Source of the DNA: a bacterium
Lineage (GTDB): Bacteria > Patescibacteriota > Minisyncoccia > Phycocordibacterales > PALSA-1337
Length of the DNA stretch: 64,000 bases
Assembly: GCA_025355565.1 (NCBI GenBank)
Contig: JANXZK010000022.1
Coordinates: 3,490-67,489 of the forward strand
Reading direction: 5' to 3'
A model generated the notes under the pieces. It was not told the DNA's origin, did not search any database, and was given only the letters and a program-made list of their open reading frames with translations. The number at the start of each line of letters is the position of its first letter. The stretch's first letter is position 1. Of the stretch, positions 1 through 9,207 are shown piece after piece. The translations under genes were made by a program, and so were the position numbers.

Positions 1-427
1 CCGCAATCGAGAGATAGAAGAGCAACATGGTGCCACTTTCTGGCCGACGGTCGATGAGGTATTGAAGCAATCGGATGTCGTTTCCTTACATGTGCCACTC
101 CTCGAGACGACTAAACATCTCATAGATGCTGATAGACTGAGGATGATGAAAAGATCGGCCATACTCGTGAACACTTCTCGTGGCGCCGTTATCCATGAGA
201 TCTCTCTCGTTAAAGCCCTCAAACAGGGGATGATCGCTGGAGCAGGATTGGACGTATTCGAACATGAGCCGGCGCTCTCGCCAGGACTGAAGGAGCTGAA
301 AAATGTAGTGATCACACCACATATCGCATCGTCGACAGTCGAGGCTCGCGGCGATATGGCGCGAATGGCGGCGCAAAATATCATCGATATGTTCGAGACC
401 GGCAAGCCGGCTGACGTGATATACTGA
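1..427 (+). CDS. D-isomer-specific 2-hydroxyacid dehydrogenase, C-terminal part (5' end outside window)
   Basis: Frame is open from base 2 with no upstream stop. Motifs DVVSLHVPL, NTSRGAVIHE and GAGLDVFEHEP match the NAD-binding and catalytic region of the glycerate/phosphoglycerate dehydrogenase family. Confidence 0.75.
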   Translation, partial: RNREIEEQHGATFWPTVDEVLKQSDVVSLHVPLLETTKHLIDADRLRMMKRSAILVNTSRGAVIHEISLVKALKQGMIAGAGLDVFEHEPALSPGLKELKNVVITPHIASSTVEARGDMARMAAQNIIDMFETGKPADVIY

Positions 428-472
428 TACTATATATGATATAATTACCTTAGCCTTCGGGCAGAAATATCT

Positions 473-724
473 ATGTCAGATGGAGTAGAATTTGATGAAG
501 AAAAGAGAACATACGTGAGACCGCCAGGCGCGCCTACCAGTTTTTCTGGTGGCAATGTTTTTAACGAGCAGCCATATATACCAAATGGCGATGAGCCGAG
601 GATGGTCCAGTGGCTCATAAATCACGGCTACGTAAAGAATCCCGCGAGAGGGAATATCGTCCTACTCACAGTTGTAGGTCTGAATATCATCATCATCTTT
701 TTTGTTGTCAAGAACTTTTTATAA
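473..724 (+). CDS. hypothetical small protein with a C-terminal transmembrane helix
   Basis: 83-aa ORF with a hydrophobic C-terminus (IVLLTVVGLNIIIIFFVV). No recognisable family. Confidence 0.3.
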   Translation: MSDGVEFDEEKRTYVRPPGAPTSFSGGNVFNEQPYIPNGDEPRMVQWLINHGYVKNPARGNIVLLTVVGLNIIIIFFVVKNFL

Positions 725-751
725 CTGATAGATATTTCATCATAAATATTC

Positions 752-1594
752 ATGACTCATTCAAATAGACAAGTGAATAGGAATGTCCAATGCTTGAAGA
801 GGGGGTTTACCTTGATCGAACTTCTCGTGGTCATTGCTATCATCGGTACACTTGCTTCTGTTGTTTTAGCGTCTCTCTCGACCGCGCGTGGCAAGGGCAC
901 GATAGCGTCAGGACAGACATTTGATAGCCATACATATAGCGCATTTGGGGCGGATGCTTACGCAGTATACAATTTTGATGAGGGTCCTGGTGATGGTAGT
1001 AAGTTTCTACCGATCGACACATCGGGTAATGGGCATAATTTTGTCAATGATAATGATTTAAATTGTCCGGTCATTCTTAAAGAACCCATCTCAATATCTG
1101 CTGGCATAAAGAGAAACGCTATACAGTTGGATTCATCCACAGCATGTGTGACTGTCTTTTCTGGAAGTAGTTTCGATAAAACAAATGGGTCTGTCTCTTT
1201 TTGGGTAAATCCCGCTTCAATAATCGGAAATAACAATTATATTCTTGATGTCGGGCAAAAATGGGTTTTGGTCAAGTCTGGTAAGATTGAGTCTTTTGGT
1301 CTGAGCAGTAAAATGACAGTCGCGGCGAATACTTGGACTCATGTTCTCATATCATGGGGAGGAACATCTGACCAACTACGTATTTACATAAATGGAAAAT
1401 TTGACAATAACGACGCTAATTTGCCTGGTTTTCTTGCGCCAAATGAATTAGGTTTTGGCAACTCTCCTGATAAGATCAAAATAGACGAACTGGCCATCTA
1501 CAACCGATCTATGCAAACAGCGCAGGTGCAGAAGATATACGCTGAGGGGCTCTCGAGACACATGATGGCGGCGGTGAATGACTTATTTAGGTGA
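752..1594 (+). CDS. type IV prepilin-like protein with a C-terminal LamG/concanavalin-A-like domain
   Basis: The N-terminus (LKRG|FTLIELLVVIAIIGTLASVVLA) is a class III signal peptide with G-1, F+1 and E+5. The C-terminus (KIDELAIYNRSMQTAQVQKIYAEGL) is a LamG jelly-roll signature. Confidence 0.75.
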   Translation: MTHSNRQVNRNVQCLKRGFTLIELLVVIAIIGTLASVVLASLSTARGKGTIASGQTFDSHTYSAFGADAYAVYNFDEGPGDGSKFLPIDTSGNGHNFVNDNDLNCPVILKEPISISAGIKRNAIQLDSSTACVTVFSGSSFDKTNGSVSFWVNPASIIGNNNYILDVGQKWVLVKSGKIESFGLSSKMTVAANTWTHVLISWGGTSDQLRIYINGKFDNNDANLPGFLAPNELGFGNSPDKIKIDELAIYNRSMQTAQVQKIYAEGLSRHMMAAVNDLFR

Positions 1595-1639
1595 CAAATC
1601 TAGGTGACAAAATTTGCACATTTTCTAAAATAGTGTAAG

Positions 1640-2368
1640 ATGGCACACATGCTATCACTAGAAGTAACCAAGCGAGATATGAAGCAAAATCCGGCTACCA
1701 TCCGCAAAGCAGGCAACATTCCTGCGGTTTTTTATGGTCCAAAAGAGGCAAATACGCCCATCACGGTGAACGCCAAGGAGTTCACGAAGATGTGGAAAAG
1801 CGCAGGCCAATCCTCCGTTATCATTTTGAAAGAAGGCACCAATGAACACGAAGTCCTCATACACGAGATCGACGTGCATCCGCTCTCGGGCGACATCAGA
1901 CATGCTGATTTTTATGTCATCGAAAAGGGCAAGAAGGTCAAGGTGTCAGTTACGCTCGTCTACGATGGAGTCTCCCCAGCTGTGAAGGAAAAAGGCGCGA
2001 TATTGGTCAAGGTCCGACGCGAGATAGAAGTAGAGGCAGTGCCTCGAGACCTTCCTCATGAGATCAAAGTAGACGTTTCCAAACTAGTAGAATTCACCGA
2101 TGTCATCAAGGTCAAGGATCTCGCATTGGCTCCGGGCGTTACATTGGTCAAGATCGGTCCAGAAGAAGTGATCGCTTCAGTCTACGAAGCCAAGGAAGAA
2201 GTCGAGGTAGCTCCAGCGGCTATCGATATGTCAGCGATCGAAGTCGAAGCCAAGGGTAAAGAATTGAAGGATGGTGAAGTCGCGGCACCTACAGGCGACG
2301 CGAAGAGCGTTCCAGCAAAGGGTGATGACAAAAAAGGCGGAGAGGGGAAGAAGGAGGTAAAGAAATAA
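1640..2368 (+). CDS. rplY: 50S ribosomal protein L25 / general stress protein Ctc
   Basis: The N-terminal 170 aa align to L25/Ctc (LEVTKRD..., AVFYGP, DFYVIEKGKKVKV). It has the acidic and lysine-rich C-terminal tail typical of the Ctc form. Confidence 0.85.
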   Translation: MAHMLSLEVTKRDMKQNPATIRKAGNIPAVFYGPKEANTPITVNAKEFTKMWKSAGQSSVIILKEGTNEHEVLIHEIDVHPLSGDIRHADFYVIEKGKKVKVSVTLVYDGVSPAVKEKGAILVKVRREIEVEAVPRDLPHEIKVDVSKLVEFTDVIKVKDLALAPGVTLVKIGPEEVIASVYEAKEEVEVAPAAIDMSAIEVEAKGKELKDGEVAAPTGDAKSVPAKGDDKKGGEGKKEVKK

Positions 2369-2400
2369 AGCCATAATCGCTCCATGCTATACTAACAGGC

Positions 2401-3801
2401 ATGAAATCTATCAAAATGGTGGTTTTGGTCGTAGTTGCCGTATTCGGTATGTCATTCACGGCTATTATGTTATCGATTCTTTTCTCTTCTTTGGGAATTT
2501 CACTTATCGCTAACGCACAGACATTGCAATGCGATACTCCGGTACAAAAGGCCAAGTGTCAGGCAGATCTGGCGCAAGCAGAGGCGGAAGCCAAGGCGGC
2601 GCAAGCTCAACTCGTTTCCGCGCAGGCAGAGAGCTCTTCCTTGAAGAGAGATATCAATGTTTTGGACGCCAAGATCAAAGTCGCGCAGGCCAACATAAAG
2701 GCAAAGAATCTGCTCATACAGACTCTGGGCAATGATATCACGCAGAAGCAGAGCCATATCAACGATCTCGAAGGGCATGTCTCTAGAGGCAAAGAAACAC
2801 TGGCGACGATATTGCGAAAGACCAACGAGATCGATGCTGATACGTTGCCAGAAGTGATACTTTCCCAATCTAGTGTGGCGGGTTTTTTCCAAGATTTGGA
2901 TACTTTCCAGTCGGTTCGTGAGGGACTGAAGACGACATTTGATCAGTTGAGATCGGATGAGGCCCAAACCACAGCTCTGAAAGATGCGTTGGATAAACGT
3001 AAGAATACCGAATCAGACGCCAGGTATGCTATACAGCTCGAGCAGAAGAATATCCAATCGGATCAGACACAGAAAACGCAATTATTGAACATCAGTAAAG
3101 GCAATGAGAAAGCCTACGGTACTCTATTGGCTCAAAAACAGGCCAAGGCGGCGCAGATCAGGGCGGCATTGTTCCAATTGGCGGGAGCGAAAGCTATACC
3201 ATTCGGAGATGCTCTATCCTACGCGAATGCCGCATCAAAAAAGACTGGTGTGAGACCGGCACTCATACTCGGCATCATCAAACAGGAGTCGAATCTGGGG
3301 TCGAACGTCGGGACATGCTATATGACCGACCCTGTAACTGGAGCTGGCATCAGTGTAAAATCTGGAAAATCAGTTTCAAGCGTGATGAAACCGACGCGCG
3401 ATGTTGCGCCATTTATGGCAGTGACTTCCGCGTTGGGCTTGGATTATAGGAACACGCCGGTGTCATGCCCGCTCTCTATAGGTTATGGAGGTGCTATGGG
3501 TCCTGCACAATTCATCGCTTCGACATGGGTTGGCATCGTCGATCAAGTGACGGCTGCGCTAGGGATCTCCGGCCAAGCGAATCCGTGGAATCCGGCGCAT
3601 GCATTCATGGCATCAGCATTGTTGCTGGGAGAGAAAGGTGCCTCGAGAGGTGGATATACCGCGGAGCGCAACGCCGCCTGTGGCTATTACGGCGGTGGAA
3701 GCACTTGTAGATCATCAAATGGCAGTACTGGTTATGGAAACAGCGTCCTCTCATACGCCACTGGTTTTCAACAGGATATCGATCAATTAGTTGGCTTATA
3801 G
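2401..3801 (+). CDS. membrane-anchored coiled-coil protein with a C-terminal lytic transglycosylase (SLT/GH23-like) domain
   Basis: N-terminal transmembrane segment followed by about 250 aa rich in Q/A/K heptad repeats. C-terminal motifs LILGIIKQESNLGSN (catalytic E-S) and GAMGPAQFIASTW resemble SLT motifs. Confidence 0.6.
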   Translation: MKSIKMVVLVVVAVFGMSFTAIMLSILFSSLGISLIANAQTLQCDTPVQKAKCQADLAQAEAEAKAAQAQLVSAQAESSSLKRDINVLDAKIKVAQANIKAKNLLIQTLGNDITQKQSHINDLEGHVSRGKETLATILRKTNEIDADTLPEVILSQSSVAGFFQDLDTFQSVREGLKTTFDQLRSDEAQTTALKDALDKRKNTESDARYAIQLEQKNIQSDQTQKTQLLNISKGNEKAYGTLLAQKQAKAAQIRAALFQLAGAKAIPFGDALSYANAASKKTGVRPALILGIIKQESNLGSNVGTCYMTDPVTGAGISVKSGKSVSSVMKPTRDVAPFMAVTSALGLDYRNTPVSCPLSIGYGGAMGPAQFIASTWVGIVDQVTAALGISGQANPWNPAHAFMASALLLGEKGASRGGYTAERNAACGYYGGGSTCRSSNGSTGYGNSVLSYATGFQQDIDQLVGL

Positions 3802-3853
3802 AAAAGTCTCAGAGAAAAATATCCGTGCCACTGAACCGTTCTGTGAGACTTTT
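3802..3853. terminator. bidirectional stem-loop between convergent genes
   Basis: AAAAGTCTCAGAG ... CTGTGAGACTTTT is an inverted repeat matching 11 of 13, flanked by an A-run and a T-run, between the 2401..3801 (+) and 3864..6062 (-) genes. Confidence 0.45.
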
Positions 3854-3863
3854 CTAGTAACTC

Positions 3864-6062
3864 CTAAATAGTCAAAATAACCGGTATCACCATCGGTCTC
3901 TTTGCAGTTTTCTGCATCAGATATTTACTGACTACATCAGTGACGTTGTCCTTGATGTAGTCGACGTTGATCGGGTTTTGACCATGAGCGGATTTCTCGA
4001 CAGATTCTCGGATGAGGAGACGAACTTCATGGAGGAGTTCCTGAGATTCACGCAGATAGACGAAGCCACGCGAGATGATGTCCGGGGACTTCTTCAACTT
4101 TCCGGTCTGACTATTCAATATGCCAAAGACGATGAATATGCCGTCCTGCGCCAATGCTTGGCGATCGCGGATGACTACGTCTTGGACATTGCCGACGGAG
4201 AATCCATCGACGAGAACCAGCCCTGATGGAGCTTTCTCTTTCAATCTTACTAGTTTGGTGCCACCATTCTGTATCTCGATCACTGAGCTATTGTCTGGAA
4301 CGACGACGTCCTCTTCTTTCAAACCATTGGCTTCCTTGGCGACGTCAGCATGCACGCGGAGCATGTAGTGATAGCCGTGGAGCGGCATGAAGAATCGAGG
4401 TTTGATCTGACGATGTATCCACAATGTCTCGTCACGATACGCGTGTCCGGTCGAGTGGACCTCGGCTGTGCGATAATGGATGATCTTGGCGCCTTGGCGT
4501 GATAGGTTATCTTTGAGTTTCTGCACGGCGCGCTCATTTCCTGGGATGACTGATGAGGACAATATGACGGTGTCTCTAGTGTTGATCTTGATCTTTGTAT
4601 GTGTCTTGTTGGACATGCGCATGAGGGCGGCGAATTCGTCGCCTTGCGCGCCTGTTGCCAATATGATGATACGATCTGGGGGATAATTGTCCATGTCGCC
4701 ACTGTCGATGATCGTGTCCTTCTTGCATTTCAAGAGGCCTAGATGCTTACAGACTTCGATATTGGATTTTAGACTACGTCCTTCGATCACGACTTTTTTA
4801 TTATAGAGTTCGGCGAATTCGACCATCTTCAAGAGTCTCTCCAATAGAGAAGAGAATGTGGCGATGATGAGTCGTCCTTTGGAATTCTTGATGTATTCTT
4901 CTAGGTTCTTATGGACTTGTCTCTCGGGAGTTGAAAATCCAGGTATCTCTACGTTAGTCGAGTCTGCCATGAGCATGAGGACCTTTTCATCCTTGAAAGC
5001 ACGCTCGTACTCAGCAGCTTCTTCTGCCGTCGGCTGACCATTTTCATGGTCCATCTTGAGGTCACCTGTATGCACGATCGAACCATATGGGGTCTCGATG
5101 ATCACTCCCATCGCGTCAGGGATGGTGTGGGTGACGGAAAAGAATTTTACTTTGAACTTGCCTATCGTCACTGTCGAATTTCGTTCAACCAGATTTATGT
5201 CCAATTTGGCGAGATGAGGGAATTCCTCTTGACGCTTTTGGATCAAAACTGAGGTTAGCATACGTGTATATACTGGTGGGTTGCCGATCCTGGGCATGAT
5301 ATATGGAATACCACCCGTGTGATCCAAGTGACCGTGTGTGATGATGAGGGCTTTGATCATACCCAGCCTCTCCTCGAGATATTTGGTATTTGGCAGGATG
5401 TAATCGATACCTGGCGTGTTCTCATCCCTGAATTGGAATCCCAAGTCGATGATGATGATCTCTCCAGCGTACTCGATGGCGGTCATGTTGCGGCCGATCT
5501 CTTCGACACCGCCCAATGGAATGATGCGGATCGTGTCAGCCGCGATCGGTGGGATCTTATCTTCGGTACTTTGGTATGTGAGAGATCGTGCATGTGCAGG
5601 TCCACTACGTTTCATCGGTCTCAATTCTTTGCGGATAACGTTCATGCGAGCCCCGGCGATGTGCCTGACGGCTTCGGGAAGCTTTTTAGCGCCTTTTCCT
5701 AGAACGATGCGGTGACCATTCCCACTGAGGAGATTTGAGGTCGGGGGTCGGAAGTTGGATGTGGGTATCGTCGAGGTTGCTGGCATGGAAGCACTCGCAG
5801 GTGACGAGCTACGCAAAGTTCGCGTGGCGAAACGGTTCACTTGATTGCCATGATTTACATTGTTTCGGTTGGTGTTATTGTTGCCTCCAGCATTTTGATG
5901 CCAAGGCTTCGCTCCACCCTTGTAGAGAGTCGTCCCTTTGTATGGCGTGGTCGGAGTCGGTCTAGCCGAAAACCTTGGTCTGGGAGCGCCAGCGGTAGCT
6001 TGGACAGGTCTCGTGGTGTTCGTTATGATCGGCTTCTTGATTGGTTGTTGCTCGTTCATCAT
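3864..6062 (-). CDS. rnj: ribonuclease J (beta-CASP metallo-beta-lactamase RNase) with an N-terminal low-complexity extension of about 175 aa
   Basis: HGHLDHTGG metal-binding motif, IIPLGGVEEIGRNMTAIEY start of the RNase J core, beta-CASP region and C-terminal domain. The N-terminal 175 aa are rich in N/T/P/R/S and look disordered. Confidence 0.85.
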   Translation of the reverse strand: MMNEQQPIKKPIITNTTRPVQATAGAPRPRFSARPTPTTPYKGTTLYKGGAKPWHQNAGGNNNTNRNNVNHGNQVNRFATRTLRSSSPASASMPATSTIPTSNFRPPTSNLLSGNGHRIVLGKGAKKLPEAVRHIAGARMNVIRKELRPMKRSGPAHARSLTYQSTEDKIPPIAADTIRIIPLGGVEEIGRNMTAIEYAGEIIIIDLGFQFRDENTPGIDYILPNTKYLEERLGMIKALIITHGHLDHTGGIPYIMPRIGNPPVYTRMLTSVLIQKRQEEFPHLAKLDINLVERNSTVTIGKFKVKFFSVTHTIPDAMGVIIETPYGSIVHTGDLKMDHENGQPTAEEAAEYERAFKDEKVLMLMADSTNVEIPGFSTPERQVHKNLEEYIKNSKGRLIIATFSSLLERLLKMVEFAELYNKKVVIEGRSLKSNIEVCKHLGLLKCKKDTIIDSGDMDNYPPDRIIILATGAQGDEFAALMRMSNKTHTKIKINTRDTVILSSSVIPGNERAVQKLKDNLSRQGAKIIHYRTAEVHSTGHAYRDETLWIHRQIKPRFFMPLHGYHYMLRVHADVAKEANGLKEEDVVVPDNSSVIEIQNGGTKLVRLKEKAPSGLVLVDGFSVGNVQDVVIRDRQALAQDGIFIVFGILNSQTGKLKKSPDIISRGFVYLRESQELLHEVRLLIRESVEKSAHGQNPINVDYIKDNVTDVVSKYLMQKTAKRPMVIPVILTI

Positions 6063-6160
6063 TTTTTGTTTATTCTACGTACGCTGATAAATTGTATTCG
6101 ACTTATTAATGTTGTTGATCTGATTCATGGTGGAGAGCTCTGATCTCCGAGTTCCACTTT

Positions 6161-7912
6161 TCATTCTTTTTTACCACTCGCAAAGAATTTCCATACATTT
6201 TCTGTCTTTAGGTACCAGTTGGTCACAGAATTCCATCTATCTCCTGGCACGGTTATGTCATGCAAAGTGATGCCTTTTAGAGTCTTGGGAACTATATATA
6301 TGAAATTCGGGGAATATAGGAAGATGGCGGGAATATCGGCAGTCAATAAGTTTTCGAACTGGGCATATTTCGTTGCCCGGACATCGAGATCGCTAGTTGT
6401 GCGGATATCCTCGAGGAGCTGGTCGATCTTGCTATTTGTGTACATGGAGACGTTCAAGCCAGGAGCTTTGATCTGTGAAGAATGCCAGAAAGCATACAAG
6501 TCGCGATCTTTTCCTATGAGCTCACCAAATAGTAGGGCATCATATTTCCTTGTGCGGATGACATTTTGATAGAGGTCGCTCGCGTTGAAGACACGTAGAT
6601 CGATCTGCGCGCCCATCTTCTCCCAAGAAGCTTTGACCATCTCCGCCGCCTGTTTTAGGTCTGGCGTATCGGCTGTGTATATGTCAAAAGAGATAGTTTG
6701 AACGACTTTCTTTGCATTGGCTTTAGAATAGATCCCAGTTGACAGGTCTTTCTTCCAGCCATTCTTTTCTAGGAGAGCTTGTGCGGCTGTGATATCTGGG
6801 ACCTTGACCGCGTCATCACCAGTAGGGACGATATTTGACGGCAATGGTTCGTCGATAGGGGAACCATAACCAGAAAGGACATTGTCGACGATCGCCTTTC
6901 TATCGACGGCCATGTTGAGCGCTTGTCGCACTATATCGTCGGCTAGTACGGGAGCCTGATTTTGATTGAAAAAAACTCCGAATATTCGCGGCAATGGCGA
7001 TTGCAGGACGGCATATGACGCGGCTTTGTCCGTCGCCAGTTTTGCCGCCTCGGCTGCTCCGACTGTTGCCAGACTATCTATCGTTCCTTCATCTATCGCG
7101 GTCAGAGCTTTTTCTTCGTCAGCGAAGAATGAAAATGTTATCGTGTTCACATAAGGGACTTTCCCGTAATAGCCGCTCCATGTGGAGAGGTTGTAACTGA
7201 CCGGGATGCCGGCGCCATCATTCTTGACTGAGGATATCTCGTATGGTCCGGAACCGATCGGCTCGATATTGTAGTGGCTGAAGATGAACTGGTCATCGTT
7301 CACGGTATTCCATATATGCTTTGGCAAGATGCCGACGGTGGTGTTCGTAAGAAATGGCGAATAGGCTTGTTTTAGGACGAAATGTATCTCTGTTGGCGAG
7401 ATGATCTGTACCGTGACGTTGGTCCAGTCTGATTTGCGAGGACTCTTCAACACTGCGTCTTGGATCTTTTGGATGGTGAATGCCACATCATCGGTAGTGA
7501 GGAGTGTGCCGTCTTGGAAACGGATGTCACTTCGCAGAACGAAGCTATATGTGAGGCCGTCATCGGAGACTTTGTATGATTTTGCCAAGTCGGGGACCAA
7601 GCGCCCATCGTCCCATCGCATCAAGCCTGAATAGACGAGCGAAGAGATGTCACGGTCGACGTCGGTTATGGCGAGGATCGGATTGACACTCCTCGGTAGA
7701 CCGATCAGTCCTTCGCGCAGTTCGCCACCGCTACTCGGTATCTCTGTCATGAAATGGCTATTGATCTTGCCTGCCATGACGATGGTCGCAATGATCGCCG
7801 CCAGCACGAATACGCCAAAGATCGCCTTTTCTGTCGCGGAAAATTGTCTGATGTAATTTATGATCTTCGGGCTTTTCTTGAAACCCAGTTCTTTTGGTTG
7901 TATGTCGGGCAC
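6161..7912 (-). CDS. ABC transporter substrate-binding protein, family 5 (OppA/DppA-like), membrane-anchored
   Basis: N-terminal transmembrane helix, then an SBP_bac_5-like region (LVYSGLMRWDDGRLVPDLAKSYKVSDDGLTYSFVLR...). No cognate permease or ATPase is nearby. Confidence 0.7.
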   Translation of the reverse strand: MPDIQPKELGFKKSPKIINYIRQFSATEKAIFGVFVLAAIIATIVMAGKINSHFMTEIPSSGGELREGLIGLPRSVNPILAITDVDRDISSLVYSGLMRWDDGRLVPDLAKSYKVSDDGLTYSFVLRSDIRFQDGTLLTTDDVAFTIQKIQDAVLKSPRKSDWTNVTVQIISPTEIHFVLKQAYSPFLTNTTVGILPKHIWNTVNDDQFIFSHYNIEPIGSGPYEISSVKNDGAGIPVSYNLSTWSGYYGKVPYVNTITFSFFADEEKALTAIDEGTIDSLATVGAAEAAKLATDKAASYAVLQSPLPRIFGVFFNQNQAPVLADDIVRQALNMAVDRKAIVDNVLSGYGSPIDEPLPSNIVPTGDDAVKVPDITAAQALLEKNGWKKDLSTGIYSKANAKKVVQTISFDIYTADTPDLKQAAEMVKASWEKMGAQIDLRVFNASDLYQNVIRTRKYDALLFGELIGKDRDLYAFWHSSQIKAPGLNVSMYTNSKIDQLLEDIRTTSDLDVRATKYAQFENLLTADIPAIFLYSPNFIYIVPKTLKGITLHDITVPGDRWNSVTNWYLKTENVWKFFASGKKE

Positions 7913-7948
7913 GATGTAAAAAAGTATCTCGGCGCCTATTTCCTAGAA

Positions 7949-8188
7949 TTAAATAAGGTTTAGCAACGCCGATACCGCAAACAAGATAGCAACTACGATG
8001 GTAATGATGAATAGCCCTCTCTCCATGCCACGTCGTGTATGGAATGCCGAACTGAAGTTGTCGCTCCCACCGAAGGCGCCACCTACTTGGGCGCCTGTTC
8101 TTTGGAGCAGTATTATAGCGACCAAAATAACAGACAAGATGATCTCTACGTAGGGAAGGAGTGACTTCATTGGGGATGATAGTAGCAT
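7949..8188 (-). CDS. secG: preprotein translocase subunit SecG
   Basis: 79 aa with two transmembrane helices and the SecG signature LLQRTGAQVGGAFGG. Confidence 0.7.
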   Translation of the reverse strand: MLLSSPMKSLLPYVEIILSVILVAIILLQRTGAQVGGAFGGSDNFSSAFHTRRGMERGLFIITIVVAILFAVSALLNLI

Positions 8189-8236
8189 ATATAGCTTTTT
8201 TATGCAAACGATGTATTCCCGAGTTCAACTTACCTG

Positions 8237-9112
8237 TTATCTAGAAGCGATATCTAGGTGAGAATGTAAACCTTCAGCGTATATGCGTTCCATATCAGCT
8301 GACGCGAGCGCAGAAGTATAGATGCGAACGTTGTCTATGTCACCGACGAAATTATAGCTTGAATTATAAGGCGGAAATGAACCGATCGAGATCGTGCCAT
8401 TTGTCGGTGTCCAATATGTCAGATCCGCCACGTTGCCGTTTTGGGGTGAACCTATCTGTTTACCATTTATATAGAAAGTAATTTTTGCACCACTGACTGA
8501 TGCGGCGACATTAGTCCAAGAATTCAATCCTATAGATACACCGCTATCAACGTTACCACTACGACAGGCAGAATAATATTGCAAATTATTACTAGTATTT
8601 AGGACGAGGCCAACAATTCGGTCGTTACAGGATTGTCCATTGTTGTCGGCACCTCCAAATAAGACTATTACGCATATAAAGTCAGATGAACAGTTAAATG
8701 ATGTTCGTACCCAAGCGCTAACAGAGAAAGATGTCGTTTTCGGTAGACCATTGACTGTGCTGAAGGACACGTTGTCTCTTGATCCAAAATGTAATGCATT
8801 CCTTTGAACTCCGTCTGGTATTATTGTCGTTCTAATACTACGCGTTCCGGTATTATTGTTGCCAGAAAGATCATAGACAGAATTACTTGCTGCATCTGTC
8901 TCATCAAAATTCCATATACCAGTAGCGTCTACTCCGAGTGCTTGATAGGTATGAGTATCGAATGTTAGTCCCGCTCCAATACTCGCTTTAGTTCTAGCTC
9001 CACCTAGGGCCGCGAGTACAACTGATGCCAGCATACTTATTATGGAAATAACGACTAGCAACTCTATGAGAGTAAAGCCTTTCGTACGGACATCGTTTTG
9101 GTATTTATTCAT
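8237..9112 (-). CDS. type IV prepilin-like protein with a C-terminal LamG domain (paralog of 752..1594)
   Basis: N-terminus TKG|FTLIELLVVISIISMLASVVLAALGG. C-terminus DIDNVRIYTSALASADMERIYAEGL. Same architecture and the same conserved C-terminal IYAEGL motif as the first copy. Confidence 0.75.
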   Translation of the reverse strand: MNKYQNDVRTKGFTLIELLVVISIISMLASVVLAALGGARTKASIGAGLTFDTHTYQALGVDATGIWNFDETDAASNSVYDLSGNNNTGTRSIRTTIIPDGVQRNALHFGSRDNVSFSTVNGLPKTTSFSVSAWVRTSFNCSSDFICVIVLFGGADNNGQSCNDRIVGLVLNTSNNLQYYSACRSGNVDSGVSIGLNSWTNVAASVSGAKITFYINGKQIGSPQNGNVADLTYWTPTNGTISIGSFPPYNSSYNFVGDIDNVRIYTSALASADMERIYAEGLHSHLDIASR

Positions 9113-9207
9113 GCGAAATGATTTTTAATGACTTCTATAGAAACATTATACAACAGTATATAGAGTAAGTAATCATGGCACTGTGGATAGGCTACGAATA
9201 GCCTGAC

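Noticed and set aside
4319-5965. Multiple 60-130-aa ORFs on both strands inside the RNase J gene
   Set aside because: They are internal to, or antisense to, a strongly supported 732-aa CDS.
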